Source of the DNA: a phage
Strand: one strand, 5' to 3'
DNA: 64,000 bases
Sequence record: PZ019084.1
Shown in pieces: positions 9,677-19,036 of this stretch (the stretch's first letter is position 1; each line of letters opens with the position of its first letter). The translations under genes and the position numbers were made by a program. The notes beneath the pieces were generated by a model. The model made no database searches and was not told the origin of the DNA. It saw nothing but the letters and a program-made list of their open reading frames with translations.

Positions 9677-9892
9677 TTAAATTTTCCAGTTACCGTTTTC
9701 ATCAATGAATTTAATCCAGTCATTTACTGACCACTTGGTGGTATCGCCTTTTGGAGCAATATTTAAAGTGTATAATCCTTGTTTAAAAAGCATGCGTTTG
9801 ATATTCATATTTTCCTCAGCTGTAACGATAGCACTCGTTTGATTTACGCTTAGCAACTCGTTGAGAAGTATTGTAATCAAAATCATCGTCAA
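9677..9892 (-). CDS. Hypothetical small protein; start may be the internal ATG at 9808
   Basis: ORF-finder start overlaps upstream ORF by 77 nt; internal Met at 9808 has GAGGA-type RBS. Confidence 0.3.
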   Translation of the reverse strand: MTMILITILLNELLSVNQTSAIVTAEENMNIKRMLFKQGLYTLNIAPKGDTTKWSVNDWIKFIDENGNWKI

Positions 9893-10109
9893 TGTAAACT
9901 GATTTTTTCAACTTTCTTACTTCACCACGCAATTGACGATTTAGCTCATCTTTAACTTCTGAATCAATGCCTTTCATTCTACGCCATTTATCAGAGCGAA
10001 AAATGTTTTCAACCATATCTTTATGACTTACACCATCAGGAGCTTTACGCTTTCCGAAATAGTCATAATCACGAACTTTCAAGTCTTTACGACGATACGT
10101 TTTACCCAT
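9816..10109 (-). CDS. Hypothetical basic protein
   Basis: Start set at MGKTYRRKDLK with AAGGAAA RBS 9 nt upstream; longer ORF-finder start would overlap the upstream gene. Confidence 0.4.
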   Translation of the reverse strand: MGKTYRRKDLKVRDYDYFGKRKAPDGVSHKDMVENIFRSDKWRRMKGIDSEVKDELNRQLRGEVRKLKKSVYIDDDFDYNTSQRVAKRKSNECYRYS

Positions 10110-10284
10110 GGAGTTTAATTTCCTTAGCAACTGAACTAAATACAGCACGATCGCAAATCATCTGTTTATGTAACTTGAGTATAAGATAATAAACTTCAAA
10201 ACCGTTTACATAAGTAACACGAACAACATTACCATTAATAAAATAATATTGTCCCTTTTTAATTTCTTTATCAACCACAACCAT
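10102..10284 (-). CDS. Hypothetical small protein
   Basis: 60 aa ORF immediately downstream of an early promoter. Confidence 0.35.
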   Translation of the reverse strand: MVVVDKEIKKGQYYFINGNVVRVTYVNGFEVYYLILKLHKQMICDRAVFSSVAKEIKLHG

Positions 10285-10311
10285 ATCAAATCCTCAAAGG
10301 CAATTCATGTG

Positions 10312-10344
10312 TTAATAATACCACAGTTTGAACTTCTTGTAAAC
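10312..10344 (-). promoter_or_regulatory. T4-type early promoter
   Basis: Plus strand shows -10 complement ttaataatacca, then gtaaac (-35 GTTTAC) and the recurrent aactttgtgaaa upstream element. Confidence 0.55.
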
Positions 10345-10424
10345 AACTTTGTGAAAATTATTTTAGGGAATGATAAGAAGGGAACGATAGCTTAGAATGG
10401 TAATATACAGAATGTGAGAAAGAA

Positions 10425-10439
10425 AGGCCCAGAGGGCCC
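10425..10439 (-). terminator. GC hairpin plus T-rich tract downstream of nrdH
   Basis: Minus strand reads cgggccctctgggccTTTCTTTC directly after the nrdH stop. Confidence 0.45.
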
Positions 10440-10442
10440 GTC

Positions 10443-10751
10443 TTAGTCTTCTATGATATCTCTATCATATCCAAGTGAAATGAGAGTTTCTTTGAAGTGT
10501 TTAATGTTCTTTTGTCTAGAATCATTGATGAAAATGACTGGATAACGAATGTTAAGAGATGTGAATCCAGCGCGTTTAGCAAGAGATACAATCAGTGGAC
10601 GATCATACTCAATCTTACCATTATTTGTAAGAACTTTATAGAAAGTAAAAGGAGCATTGAGCTCCTTTAGAAGTTTTGTAACTGATTGACATCCAGGACA
10701 ACGACCTACTTCATCTGGAATTCCATAGACTTCAATCTTGTTTTGTTTCAC
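10443..10751 (-). CDS. nrdH: Glutaredoxin-like protein NrdH
   Basis: 102 aa with CPGC redox motif (GRCPGCQSV); adjacent to nrdG/nrdD. Confidence 0.7.
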   Translation of the reverse strand: MKQNKIEVYGIPDEVGRCPGCQSVTKLLKELNAPFTFYKVLTNNGKIEYDRPLIVSLAKRAGFTSLNIRYPVIFINDSRQKNIKHFKETLISLGYDRDIIED

Positions 10752-10753
10752 AA

Positions 10754-10966
10754 CTATTCCTTACTAAGAGCAGCATTCAGCTTGTTAGTAATTTTATCCA
10801 GACGCTCATTGAACTCGCTAGAAGATAGTCCTTTTTCTGGAGAAATTAAGCTAATCACGAAAAATATAGCAATAAAAGGAATAAGGAAAATAGCTCCAAC
10901 TGCCATAAACAAAAAGAATGTTACAGTTGTAAGAAAATCAGCTAAACCTTTACGAAATTTATACAT
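10754..10966 (-). CDS. Small membrane protein
   Basis: 70 aa with one long hydrophobic segment (FLTTVTFFLFMAVGAIFLIPFIAIFFVISLI). Confidence 0.4.
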   Translation of the reverse strand: MYKFRKGLADFLTTVTFFLFMAVGAIFLIPFIAIFFVISLISPEKGLSSSEFNERLDKITNKLNAALSKE

Positions 10967-11081
10967 ATTTTACCCTTAATTGATTAACCAAGCATTGATA
11001 AGCACTAAACTATATTGCGAATAAAATTCTGGACCAAAATGAAAAATCATATCATTTATAGTGTCCATAATATAATTCAAT

Positions 11082-11552
11082 TTAATCATGTTTCCACACC
11101 CCATCGGTATTTGACCAAAGTCGCTGATTATCTGATCCTCGCCACAGCTTTTTAGTCGGAAGATTTTTCTCATACTTCCCATCAATAATAACATCAACAT
11201 ATTTAAGCATTTCTAGTTGTTTAATATCTTCAAACTTGTATCCTGTCCACAACCAAATGCTTTTATTTGGATAAAGATTTTTTACCGTTTGAACAATACA
11301 ATGAACAACATCCCGGTTATCAGGATAAAGAGGGTCTCCTCCAGTTATAGTTAATCCTTCTATATAATCATTATTCAAACATTCAATTAATTGTTCTAGT
11401 GTTTCACCAGTGAATGGAACGCCATTTCTAGCATTCCATGTTGATTTATTATAACATCCTTCACATTTATGCAAACACCCCGTAACGAAAAGAACGACCC
11501 TGCATCCAGGGCCATTCACAAAATCACAGGGATAAAATCTATCGTAATTCAT
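11082..11552 (-). CDS. nrdG: Anaerobic ribonucleotide reductase activating protein NrdG (radical SAM)
   Basis: 156 aa; cysteine cluster GCLHKCEGCYNK; same size as T4 NrdG; directly downstream of nrdD. Confidence 0.9.
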   Translation of the reverse strand: MNYDRFYPCDFVNGPGCRVVLFVTGCLHKCEGCYNKSTWNARNGVPFTGETLEQLIECLNNDYIEGLTITGGDPLYPDNRDVVHCIVQTVKNLYPNKSIWLWTGYKFEDIKQLEMLKYVDVIIDGKYEKNLPTKKLWRGSDNQRLWSNTDGVWKHD

Positions 11553-13366
11553 TGGTGTTTAACCCTATGCATGATTTCTTTATTTTTGCCGAGATTAAAT
11601 CCACGTTCATTCGGATTTCCCAAATAACCACAAGTTCTTCTTATTGTGTTCATCTTTTTAGGATCAGTTTCTCCACAAATAGAACAAACAAACCCGTTTT
11701 CAGTAGGAGTCATTTCATGAGTACTTCCGCATGTAAAACATTTATCTACTGGCATATTAACACCAAAATAATCTAAATGTTGTGCAGCATAATCCCAGAC
11801 AGCCTCAAGACCTTTTAGGTTATTTTTCATATCAGGAAGTTCAACATAAGAAATGTGACCACCTGTCGCAATGAAATGATATGGGGCTTCGCGAGAAATC
11901 TTTTCAAACGGGGTGATATTTTCTTCTACTGAAACGTGGAAACTGTTAGTGTACCAGCCTTTATCAGTAACATCCTTTACACTTCCATATTTCTCAGTAT
12001 CAAGTTTACAGAAGCGATAGCACAGGTTTTCAGCAGGAGTAGAATACAAGCTAAAAGCAAAACCGGTTCTTTCAGTCCACTGCTTAAGACGAGCATTCAT
12101 TTTAGTTAAAATTTCCTGTCCAATATCACGACCGACAAGAATATTCAATTCGTGAATACCAATGTATCCTAGGGACACTGAACTTCTACCATTTTTAAAT
12201 AACTCAATTATGTCATCATCAGGTTTAAGACGAACCCCGAATGCACCTTCTTGGTAAAGAATAGGAGCAACAGTCGCTTTAACTCCTTTTAAGGAACTAA
12301 TTCTACACATCAAAGCTTCAAAACACAAATCCATTCGTTCATTGAACAATTCGGCAAATTTCTGTTCATTGAATTGTGTTCCAATATAAGAATCTAACGC
12401 AATACGAGGAAGATTCAGTGTTACAACACCAAGATTATTACGTCCATCAAGAATTTCATTACCAGTCGAATCTTTCCATACGCTCAAGAAACTGCGGCAA
12501 CCCATTGGAGAAACAGGAATAGATGAACCTGTGATAGCTTTATTATTCTTAACTGAAATAATATCAGGATACATTCTTTTGCTTGCGCATTCTAGAGCAA
12601 GCTGCTTAATATCATAGTTCGGATCGTCTTTATAAAGATTGACACCCTCTTCAATGAACATAACAAGTTTAGGGAAAATAGGAGTTATCCCATCACGACC
12701 AAGACCTTTAATACGATTTTTCAGAATTGCCTTCTGAATCATTCGTTCAGTCCAGTCAGTTCCCGTGCCAAACGTAATTGTTACAAAAGGCGTTTGTCCG
12801 TTTGAACTAAAGAGAGTATTTACTTCATATTCATAAGCTTGGAATGCATCGTATACGTCTTTTTCTGTTTTAGATTGGGCATAATTCAAAGCATCAGCGA
12901 TTTGCCATTTTTCTGCATCCTCAATATGTTTTGCATAGGTGCGTTTAACATAAGGAGAAAGTACTTTATCTACATTAGCAAAAGTCGTTCCGCCATACTG
13001 ATGTGAAGCAACCTGTGCGGTAATTTGTGCCATAATTGCAGTAGCAACACCAATCGATTTAGGCGTTTCAATTTGAGCATTACCTAGCTTAAATCCTTTT
13101 TCAAGCATTCCTTTTAAATCTACTAAACAGCAATTAGTAAATGGAAGAGCAGGGGAATAATCAATATCATGAAAATGGATAATTCCGCTTTCATGTGCTT
13201 TCATAATAAAAGACGGGACCATATTTTTGGCAATGTGCTTAGACACAATACCAGCCATAAGGTCCCGTTGAGTTGGAAAAACACGAGAATCTTTATTAGC
13301 ATTCTCGTTTAAAAGGTCTTTATTAGTTTTATGAATCAATCCTTCAATTTCTTTTTCAATTGTCAT
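11549..13366 (-). CDS. nrdD: Anaerobic ribonucleoside-triphosphate reductase NrdD, uninterrupted
   Basis: 605 aa continuous ORF; C-terminal glycyl-radical motif RRTCGYLG and zinc-ribbon cysteines (CFTCGS...CSICG). Confidence 0.9.
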   Translation of the reverse strand: MTIEKEIEGLIHKTNKDLLNENANKDSRVFPTQRDLMAGIVSKHIAKNMVPSFIMKAHESGIIHFHDIDYSPALPFTNCCLVDLKGMLEKGFKLGNAQIETPKSIGVATAIMAQITAQVASHQYGGTTFANVDKVLSPYVKRTYAKHIEDAEKWQIADALNYAQSKTEKDVYDAFQAYEYEVNTLFSSNGQTPFVTITFGTGTDWTERMIQKAILKNRIKGLGRDGITPIFPKLVMFIEEGVNLYKDDPNYDIKQLALECASKRMYPDIISVKNNKAITGSSIPVSPMGCRSFLSVWKDSTGNEILDGRNNLGVVTLNLPRIALDSYIGTQFNEQKFAELFNERMDLCFEALMCRISSLKGVKATVAPILYQEGAFGVRLKPDDDIIELFKNGRSSVSLGYIGIHELNILVGRDIGQEILTKMNARLKQWTERTGFAFSLYSTPAENLCYRFCKLDTEKYGSVKDVTDKGWYTNSFHVSVEENITPFEKISREAPYHFIATGGHISYVELPDMKNNLKGLEAVWDYAAQHLDYFGVNMPVDKCFTCGSTHEMTPTENGFVCSICGETDPKKMNTIRRTCGYLGNPNERGFNLGKNKEIMHRVKHQ

Positions 13367-13836
13367 TTTAAACTCTTTCTAAGCTGCTTCTTAAATGAAG
13401 CTATTAATTGTGTTTTGGTGTCAGATTCATTATATTCAAATCCTCTTTGAAGCATCTCAGCCATCATTTCCTCTTTTCCTAAACGAGAAAATTCCTTTGA
13501 TTTATCTCCAACGAAGTTAGGGTGAATATTATTTTGGGTGTAATCGGATTTTAAATAAGTAAGTAAATTTTCTAACCATTCAAGATAATCAACGCCTTGT
13601 CCCTTTAAGCCAGAACGATTAAATTTGTGCTTCATTTGACCTTCTGCAGCATTACACAGATTACATAGCAACCCACGTACCTTTCCTGCTTTTGGTCCAT
13701 TTAATTCATGGTCATGGTCAAGGTGATTAGCTTGAACATCAGGATTTAGTTCTCGTTGGCAAATTAAGCATTTACCGTTTTGTGCATTATAAAATTTCTG
13801 TTTTTCTTCTTTGTATAATTTGCCAGTCAATAACAT
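13363..13836 (-). CDS. 49: Endonuclease VII (Holliday junction resolvase) gp49
   Basis: 157 aa; MLLTGKLYKEEKQKFY...CLICQREL...HLDHDHELNG matches remembered T4 endo VII nearly exactly. Confidence 0.95.
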   Translation of the reverse strand: MLLTGKLYKEEKQKFYNAQNGKCLICQRELNPDVQANHLDHDHELNGPKAGKVRGLLCNLCNAAEGQMKHKFNRSGLKGQGVDYLEWLENLLTYLKSDYTQNNIHPNFVGDKSKEFSRLGKEEMMAEMLQRGFEYNESDTKTQLIASFKKQLRKSLK

Positions 13837-13885
13837 AATAAAACCCTTACCTTGAATAGATAAGGGTATTTATTATTTTCAAGTA

Positions 13886-14350
13886 TTAAAATGCTCGGCC
13901 AGAAAAAGAATTTTGAGTTTCAAGCCATTCAATATATTCTGCTGCAGCTTGCATTAAATTTCCTTCATAGCCATCGTTATTTTCTTGTGCAGCTAATTTA
14001 GCTAATGCATATGAAATACGTTCACCTTGAAAAGCGGCTTTAGGTTTATGAATAGCTTGATCAACTCGTTCTACAACTTCTTCAATCTCGCCATTTTCTA
14101 CTGATTCAGTATTCCACAAGCACCAATACGTAATTGGCTTATCATAGATGTTAATAACCTTTCCGTCAGAAAGTTCAATTTCAATAATTCCAGTATCAGG
14201 TTCTATATCATCTTCGCATTCTTTTGCAAGTTCACGAACTTTAAAGACAGTACCTGCACTAAGTTCCGGCCAGTAATTACACAGCCCTTTATCAGCACGA
14301 TTAATTCTAAACCACTTATCTACTGTAATCATGTCCCATCTCCATATCAA
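13886..14350 (-). CDS. Hypothetical acidic protein (position of T4 pin/49.x; not confirmed)
   Basis: 154 aa ORF; assignment by position only. Confidence 0.4.
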   Translation of the reverse strand: MIWRWDMITVDKWFRINRADKGLCNYWPELSAGTVFKVRELAKECEDDIEPDTGIIEIELSDGKVINIYDKPITYWCLWNTESVENGEIEEVVERVDQAIHKPKAAFQGERISYALAKLAAQENNDGYEGNLMQAAAEYIEWLETQNSFSGRAF

Positions 14351-14455
14351 TTAAGTCATTTATTGTTGGTTCATTATATACTGTTTCTTCATCAGTGTAA
14401 ACCGGTTCTTCCGGCTCTGGCTCTACTGTTTCCCATCTAGCCGCCCACCAAGGTT

Positions 14456-14776
14456 TTATAGCGTAATCCATTCTCGTATTGTCTGAGTTACTACACGTTC
14501 ACGGGGCTCGACTAGTTCAACAGTCGGAACTGCATAATACCAGTCAGAATGGTAAGAACCTGAGCGAGATTCATTTACAGACACATGAACGTTATGTTTT
14601 GGACTAAAATAAACGCACTGCCGATATTGGCATTTGCCATCTTGTACCCAATCTTCTATTTCGACAGGTTTAAGATAATCCGAAAAATCGAAATCATAAT
14701 TTTCTGAAAATGCATCATGGTCTTCGATGATTTCACTCAGAACTGCATCAACATCTAATTTATTTTCAATAGTCAT
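14456..14776 (-). CDS. Hypothetical acidic protein
   Basis: 106 aa ORF. Confidence 0.4.
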   Translation of the reverse strand: MTIENKLDVDAVLSEIIEDHDAFSENYDFDFSDYLKPVEIEDWVQDGKCQYRQCVYFSPKHNVHVSVNESRSGSYHSDWYYAVPTVELVEPRERVVTQTIREWITL

Positions 14777-14786
14777 TTGTCACCAA

Positions 14787-14996
14787 TTAATTTCGCAATT
14801 TATTAAGTTCTTCATAATCAATCCAGGATTCTAATCCTGATGGCAAATCAGATTCAATTTCCCAAAGAAGTTCTTCAATTTTCTGAAGACGATCTAATTC
14901 TTCGGCAGGAATAGTAACCATTGACGGAGTTCTTGATACACTAATATCGTAAATCATATTTACCCCAGTTTGACCATGCAATCGCCATATTTCCAT
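14787..14996 (-). CDS. Hypothetical small protein
   Basis: 69 aa ORF. Confidence 0.35.
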   Translation of the reverse strand: MEIWRLHGQTGVNMIYDISVSRTPSMVTIPAEELDRLQKIEELLWEIESDLPSGLESWIDYEELNKLRN

Positions 14997-15175
14997 TTAG
15001 AAATAGACTTTTCACCGTTAGAATAATAAACTTCGAGTTTAGCACGATTATTTTTAATTTGAATAACCTTGGCTGTCATCAAAGTTCCATACCCGTAATA
15101 AACTGCAACCTCATCACCTACATATACCGCGCTTCCGCGGTAGTCATGGATATAATCAGTTCCTTCGAGCATCAT
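14960..15175 (-). CDS. Hypothetical small protein
   Basis: 71 aa ORF; stop overlaps next start. Confidence 0.35.
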   Translation of the reverse strand: MMLEGTDYIHDYRGSAVYVGDEVAVYYGYGTLMTAKVIQIKNNRAKLEVYYSNGEKSISKWKYGDCMVKLG

Positions 15176-15435
15176 TTAAAGTATTCCCGCAATTGGTCAA
15201 ATCCACCAATATGACTTCCATCAGGAGCAAATACTTGTGGCATTGTCAAACCAATTTGAGTATCACGACCTAGTTTAGTCAGAAGCTCAGCGATTTTCTC
15301 ATCATCAAAAACACCTTTTTCTGGCATAATGTTGATAAATTCAAATGGCTGTTTCTTCACAGTCAAGAGACGTTTTGCATTATCGCAATACACACATTTA
15401 TGGATGTTGCTATCATAACCATATACTTTAAACAT
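15172..15435 (-). CDS. nrdC: Glutaredoxin/thioredoxin NrdC
   Basis: 87 aa; MFKVYGYDSNIHKCVYCDNAKRLL... matches remembered T4 NrdC including the CVYC active site. Confidence 0.95.
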   Translation of the reverse strand: MFKVYGYDSNIHKCVYCDNAKRLLTVKKQPFEFINIMPEKGVFDDEKIAELLTKLGRDTQIGLTMPQVFAPDGSHIGGFDQLREYFK

Positions 15436-15436
15436 A

Positions 15437-15679
15437 TTATTCCTTAATTCCTAGTACTTGTTTAAAAGTCTCGTCGTAATCAAGACTTTGACCTGTTTGT
15501 TCTTTATGTTTGTATATAATATCACTTACTTCTGATAGCATATTTTTATATGAACGAGTTAAAGCAGATTTAAGCACGCTGTATCTATCAGGAAATTTAC
15601 CATGTTCATTATAATACGCTATTGCTAATTCACGGACTGCCCTTTCAGCAGTCTCCATATATTCTTTACGCTTTGTCAT
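15437..15679 (-). CDS. Hypothetical small protein
   Basis: 80 aa ORF. Confidence 0.4.
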   Translation of the reverse strand: MTKRKEYMETAERAVRELAIAYYNEHGKFPDRYSVLKSALTRSYKNMLSEVSDIIYKHKEQTGQSLDYDETFKQVLGIKE

Positions 15680-15962
15680 TTTCTTCTCGGTTAAATCGGT
15701 GTTTGCAATGACGGCATTTATAACGAAGATTACTAGTCTGCCAATGGACTAATTGAACCTGTTCAGTACCGCATTCAGGACAATTAGGAACGTTTTTAGA
15801 AGCCCTTTCGCGACGTTCAACCATAGCCATAATGGCATCCCAAGCTGGAGGTTTAAAATCTAAATCGTCAGTAACTAGCAGTCCTTTATCAAACCCAGCG
15901 CATGGAGTCCATTCAGGAAAATCTGAAGCTTCGGCAATATCTTCTAATAGACGCTTTTTCAT
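15666..15962 (-). CDS. Small zinc-ribbon protein
   Basis: 98 aa; paired Cys motifs CPECGTE...CRHCKH. Confidence 0.45.
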   Translation of the reverse strand: MKKRLLEDIAEASDFPEWTPCAGFDKGLLVTDDLDFKPPAWDAIMAMVERRERASKNVPNCPECGTEQVQLVHWQTSNLRYKCRHCKHRFNREENDKA

Positions 15963-16888
15963 TTCAATACCTCAATAGCATTACGTAAACCATTTGCTTT
16001 TGCATTAAGAGCTTTTAACAATTTAGTGTGTTCGGCAATCTGGGCTTCAACTTCAATCAAACGAGCATTGAGATATTCGCGTTCTTCGCTCAGGCTATCA
16101 ACCTTTTCTACTTTAGGTTCTTTTACAATTGGCTTGTATGTATTAGGGTTCTTCAGTTTAATTAGAATGCGTGAGCTGTATAACATTGAACCATTATCTT
16201 CGGTTTCGTCATACATTTCTACTACGTCCATGATTTTTAACATCATGCGGAGTTTATAAGACAACGAACGAATAGTTTTGTTGTGCTTATTAATTTCTCT
16301 AGCTGTCATGGTGCCGAGATTACGTGAGTAATAATAAGGAACCTGGATATTAATTAATACTGATGAACCACCTGGCTTGTGTGTTACTTCATCAGCAATA
16401 ACCCAGTCCTTAACATGAACTGTATTTGTACGGTCATCACCCGCGGTAAACAGTTTGCGAGCATGCTTAAAAAGCATATTCACTTGGTCATTGAATTGAC
16501 AAGCAAATTTATCAGCAAATTTAGTTTCAGGAATGGTAGATAACCAATCAGCCAAATGGGTCTTTTTAACATCGTTAACAATAGTAAATTCAACCAAATC
16601 GGTTATAGATGTCGCAGATTTAATGAAGCTCGGCTTCATAAAGTTTTTAATGTTATCACTAGCTACAGTAGAAGATAACAGACGAGAACGTTTAAACCAT
16701 TGAAGCAAATTGCCTAACGAATGAGAATAAGCGTTTTGAGTATCTTTACAGATATGATTTTCCTGGCCAACATATTGAAGGAAATCACGAAGAATATTAT
16801 TGATTATTGCTCTGTGCCCAATCTGATAATTACGATGTTTAGTAATAAGACTGTCAAAATAATCAATATAATGTTTACGAGTTTTCAT
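15959..16888 (-). CDS. Early protein, member of a tandem paralog family with C-terminal coiled coil
   Basis: 309 aa; starts MKTRKHYIDYFD; C-terminal heptad-like helix ([33 protein letters not shown]). Confidence 0.5.
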   Translation of the reverse strand: MKTRKHYIDYFDSLITKHRNYQIGHRAIINNILRDFLQYVGQENHICKDTQNAYSHSLGNLLQWFKRSRLLSSTVASDNIKNFMKPSFIKSATSITDLVEFTIVNDVKKTHLADWLSTIPETKFADKFACQFNDQVNMLFKHARKLFTAGDDRTNTVHVKDWVIADEVTHKPGGSSVLINIQVPYYYSRNLGTMTAREINKHNKTIRSLSYKLRMMLKIMDVVEMYDETEDNGSMLYSSRILIKLKNPNTYKPIVKEPKVEKVDSLSEEREYLNARLIEVEAQIAEHTKLLKALNAKANGLRNAIEVLK

Positions 16889-16940
16889 GTTCTTCTCACT
16901 TGGTTAATGATTTATACTCCGAGCCATCCTTGGCTTTAAA

Positions 16941-17942
16941 TTACTTAATTAACTGTAAAGCTTGTTCAAGACGATCCAGACGATTAACAGATTCTTCCCA
17001 AATCCTTTTAGCCTGCTCATATTCTTTCTGCGCTTTATTAGAAATTTCTAGAGCTTCTTTATAAGCTTTTTCTAGTGCAATAACTTCTGGACGAATTTCT
17101 ACATGTTCAGGCGAATCATCAAGATTATCCATTAGTTCCTCAAGTGTAATTTCTTCTTTAGGAGTATTCACAATTTCATCACATTTTTGTTGGTAAATTT
17201 CTTTATCAGTCGGTAAATAAGCACATTTCACTTCACGAAGACTAACTACAATTTTATATCCTTCCCAACCGCATATATTCTTAAAAGGATACGTATGAAT
17301 ATTTTCTACTGTTTCCATACAAAGTAATGCGGTTTCTAATTGACGAGTTATAGTGCTAGCAATTGAGAAAAATTTATTAATGTTCTTTTGGTTAGTTTCT
17401 GGTGTAAAAAATCCATAATTCACAAAAATAGATACTTTATTTTTATCAAGTTCATATTCTTTTATGATAATCATATCAGAAGCCAAAGGATGAATTTGAC
17501 GATAATCGCCATAACATAATTTAGAAGCTGATTTTAGAATCTGTCCTTTGAAAAGTCTGAAATTACTAATCCAACGACGAGTAAAAATATTCTCAGGGTC
17601 TTCTTTATTATTAAGATGATAAGAATTAACATCACCGAACCAATTATATCCTACTACATCTTTGGTTCGTTTAATTTCTTTCCCAAAATTACCAAGAATA
17701 TCCCGATTAACCAAATATGAAAGAAGACGAGACTCTTTAAAGGTTTTCTTGATAACATCTTTATCTACACGGCTAGAAATTTTACGAATTTCATGAATAA
17801 ATTTAGTAGAAGAAACAATACCTGCATCAACACTATTGAGCCATTGATTGATAATAGAAATAACGCTATTTTGACCAAACATCGGTATAGCTTTATCATC
17901 AATAACGCTGTTGAATGATTTGATATATTCGTTACGAGTCAT
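16941..17942 (-). CDS. Early protein, paralog family member
   Basis: Start set at MTRNEYIKSF (GAGGAG RBS; longer ORF start lies inside the promoter); C-terminal coiled coil. Confidence 0.5.
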   Translation of the reverse strand: MTRNEYIKSFNSVIDDKAIPMFGQNSVISIINQWLNSVDAGIVSSTKFIHEIRKISSRVDKDVIKKTFKESRLLSYLVNRDILGNFGKEIKRTKDVVGYNWFGDVNSYHLNNKEDPENIFTRRWISNFRLFKGQILKSASKLCYGDYRQIHPLASDMIIIKEYELDKNKVSIFVNYGFFTPETNQKNINKFFSIASTITRQLETALLCMETVENIHTYPFKNICGWEGYKIVVSLREVKCAYLPTDKEIYQQKCDEIVNTPKEEITLEELMDNLDDSPEHVEIRPEVIALEKAYKEALEISNKAQKEYEQAKRIWEESVNRLDRLEQALQLIK

Positions 17943-17970
17943 AATAATCTCCTCAGTAGAAAGTAAGAAC

Positions 17971-18000
17971 ATTATACCACATCCTTGTGGCGAAGTAAAC
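17971..18000 (-). promoter_or_regulatory. T4-type early promoter with spacer stem-loop (PeSL-like)
   Basis: Plus strand cattataccacATCCTTgtggcgaagtaaac: -10 complement, hairpin ccaca/tgtgg around ATCCTT, and gtaaac (-35). Confidence 0.55.
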
Positions 18001-19028
18001 TAGTTTAGTGCATTTAGTGCATTGTTTAGTTTAGAACGTTGCTTCGTGAGATTTTTGACTTTTTCTTGAGCTTTTTCTAGCATCTTTTCAGCTTCTAACA
18101 CTTCATTAGTTGCTTTAACGAGTTCATCATCTACTGCCTTGATAGACTTCTCAATCGCATCGGCATGCCATTTTTCAACAGGTTTAAGACTCGGATTTTC
18201 AACAGGAAGAAAATTCACTTTATTGAATTTCCATGCATCATTATTACCTGAACTATACATCCAAAATTTAGGATCGTTTGATGAGTAATTGGATAAATTT
18301 AAATTTAAGTTATCTTGCACTTCTTGCTTTTTCTCTTGTGTAACTTCGTCCTTTCTCAAAAATTCATATTTAAATGAAACGATCATATCAAGTTCATACG
18401 TTGTTGTATGTTCCCAATTTCGCTCAAAACGAGGTAAAATCTTAGACTGAACTGCAGCAACAACATCCATATACTTAAATGCTTCTGTCAACTGCGATTT
18501 AAGGCATTCGCAAATTGAAAGAGAATTTTTTGTATTAGGTTTAAAGCTAATTCGTGCAGTTCTGTTATTTTCTTTTAATGGTCTTACTTCCATCTGAAGA
18601 GTATAACCATCAAATTTCAGATTCTTTAAGTTAATATCAGAACCTTTTAATCGACTCGCAGTTGATAAAATTTGCTTTAATTGTCTACGGAACAGAGCAA
18701 TAAATCTCCATTCAATACGATAATGATTTGGATTGAAAAATCCAGATAATAAATCGACCTTACTTTGACCAACGCCTTGAACAAATAGAGGATTTTTATA
18801 ATCAATAGTTTTACAGAAATCTGTGAGCTGCTCACGAGCCGTCATTTGTGTAATATACCCCGCTTTACTAAAATTACTCACCCATTCACTGCTATTTAGA
18901 TATTTAAAATGATGAATAGCACGATTAACTTTATCAGGGTCTAAATTATTTTGACACAAAAATGTCATAACATCACGAGTATAGCTGGCATTACGAACCA
19001 TATCTTCAATTTGAGAACGAGTTTTCAT
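18000..19028 (-). CDS. Early protein, paralog family member
   Basis: 342 aa; starts MKTRSQIEDMV; C-terminal coiled coil (EKMLEKAQEKVKNLTKQRSKLNNALNALN). Confidence 0.5.
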   Translation of the reverse strand: MKTRSQIEDMVRNASYTRDVMTFLCQNNLDPDKVNRAIHHFKYLNSSEWVSNFSKAGYITQMTAREQLTDFCKTIDYKNPLFVQGVGQSKVDLLSGFFNPNHYRIEWRFIALFRRQLKQILSTASRLKGSDINLKNLKFDGYTLQMEVRPLKENNRTARISFKPNTKNSLSICECLKSQLTEAFKYMDVVAAVQSKILPRFERNWEHTTTYELDMIVSFKYEFLRKDEVTQEKKQEVQDNLNLNLSNYSSNDPKFWMYSSGNNDAWKFNKVNFLPVENPSLKPVEKWHADAIEKSIKAVDDELVKATNEVLEAEKMLEKAQEKVKNLTKQRSKLNNALNALN

Positions 19029-19036
19029 GGTGTTCC

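Noticed and set aside
11549-13366. Possible group I intron or homing endonuclease in nrdD
   Set aside because: The nrdD ORF is continuous (605 aa) with the glycyl-radical motif in frame; no insertion is present.
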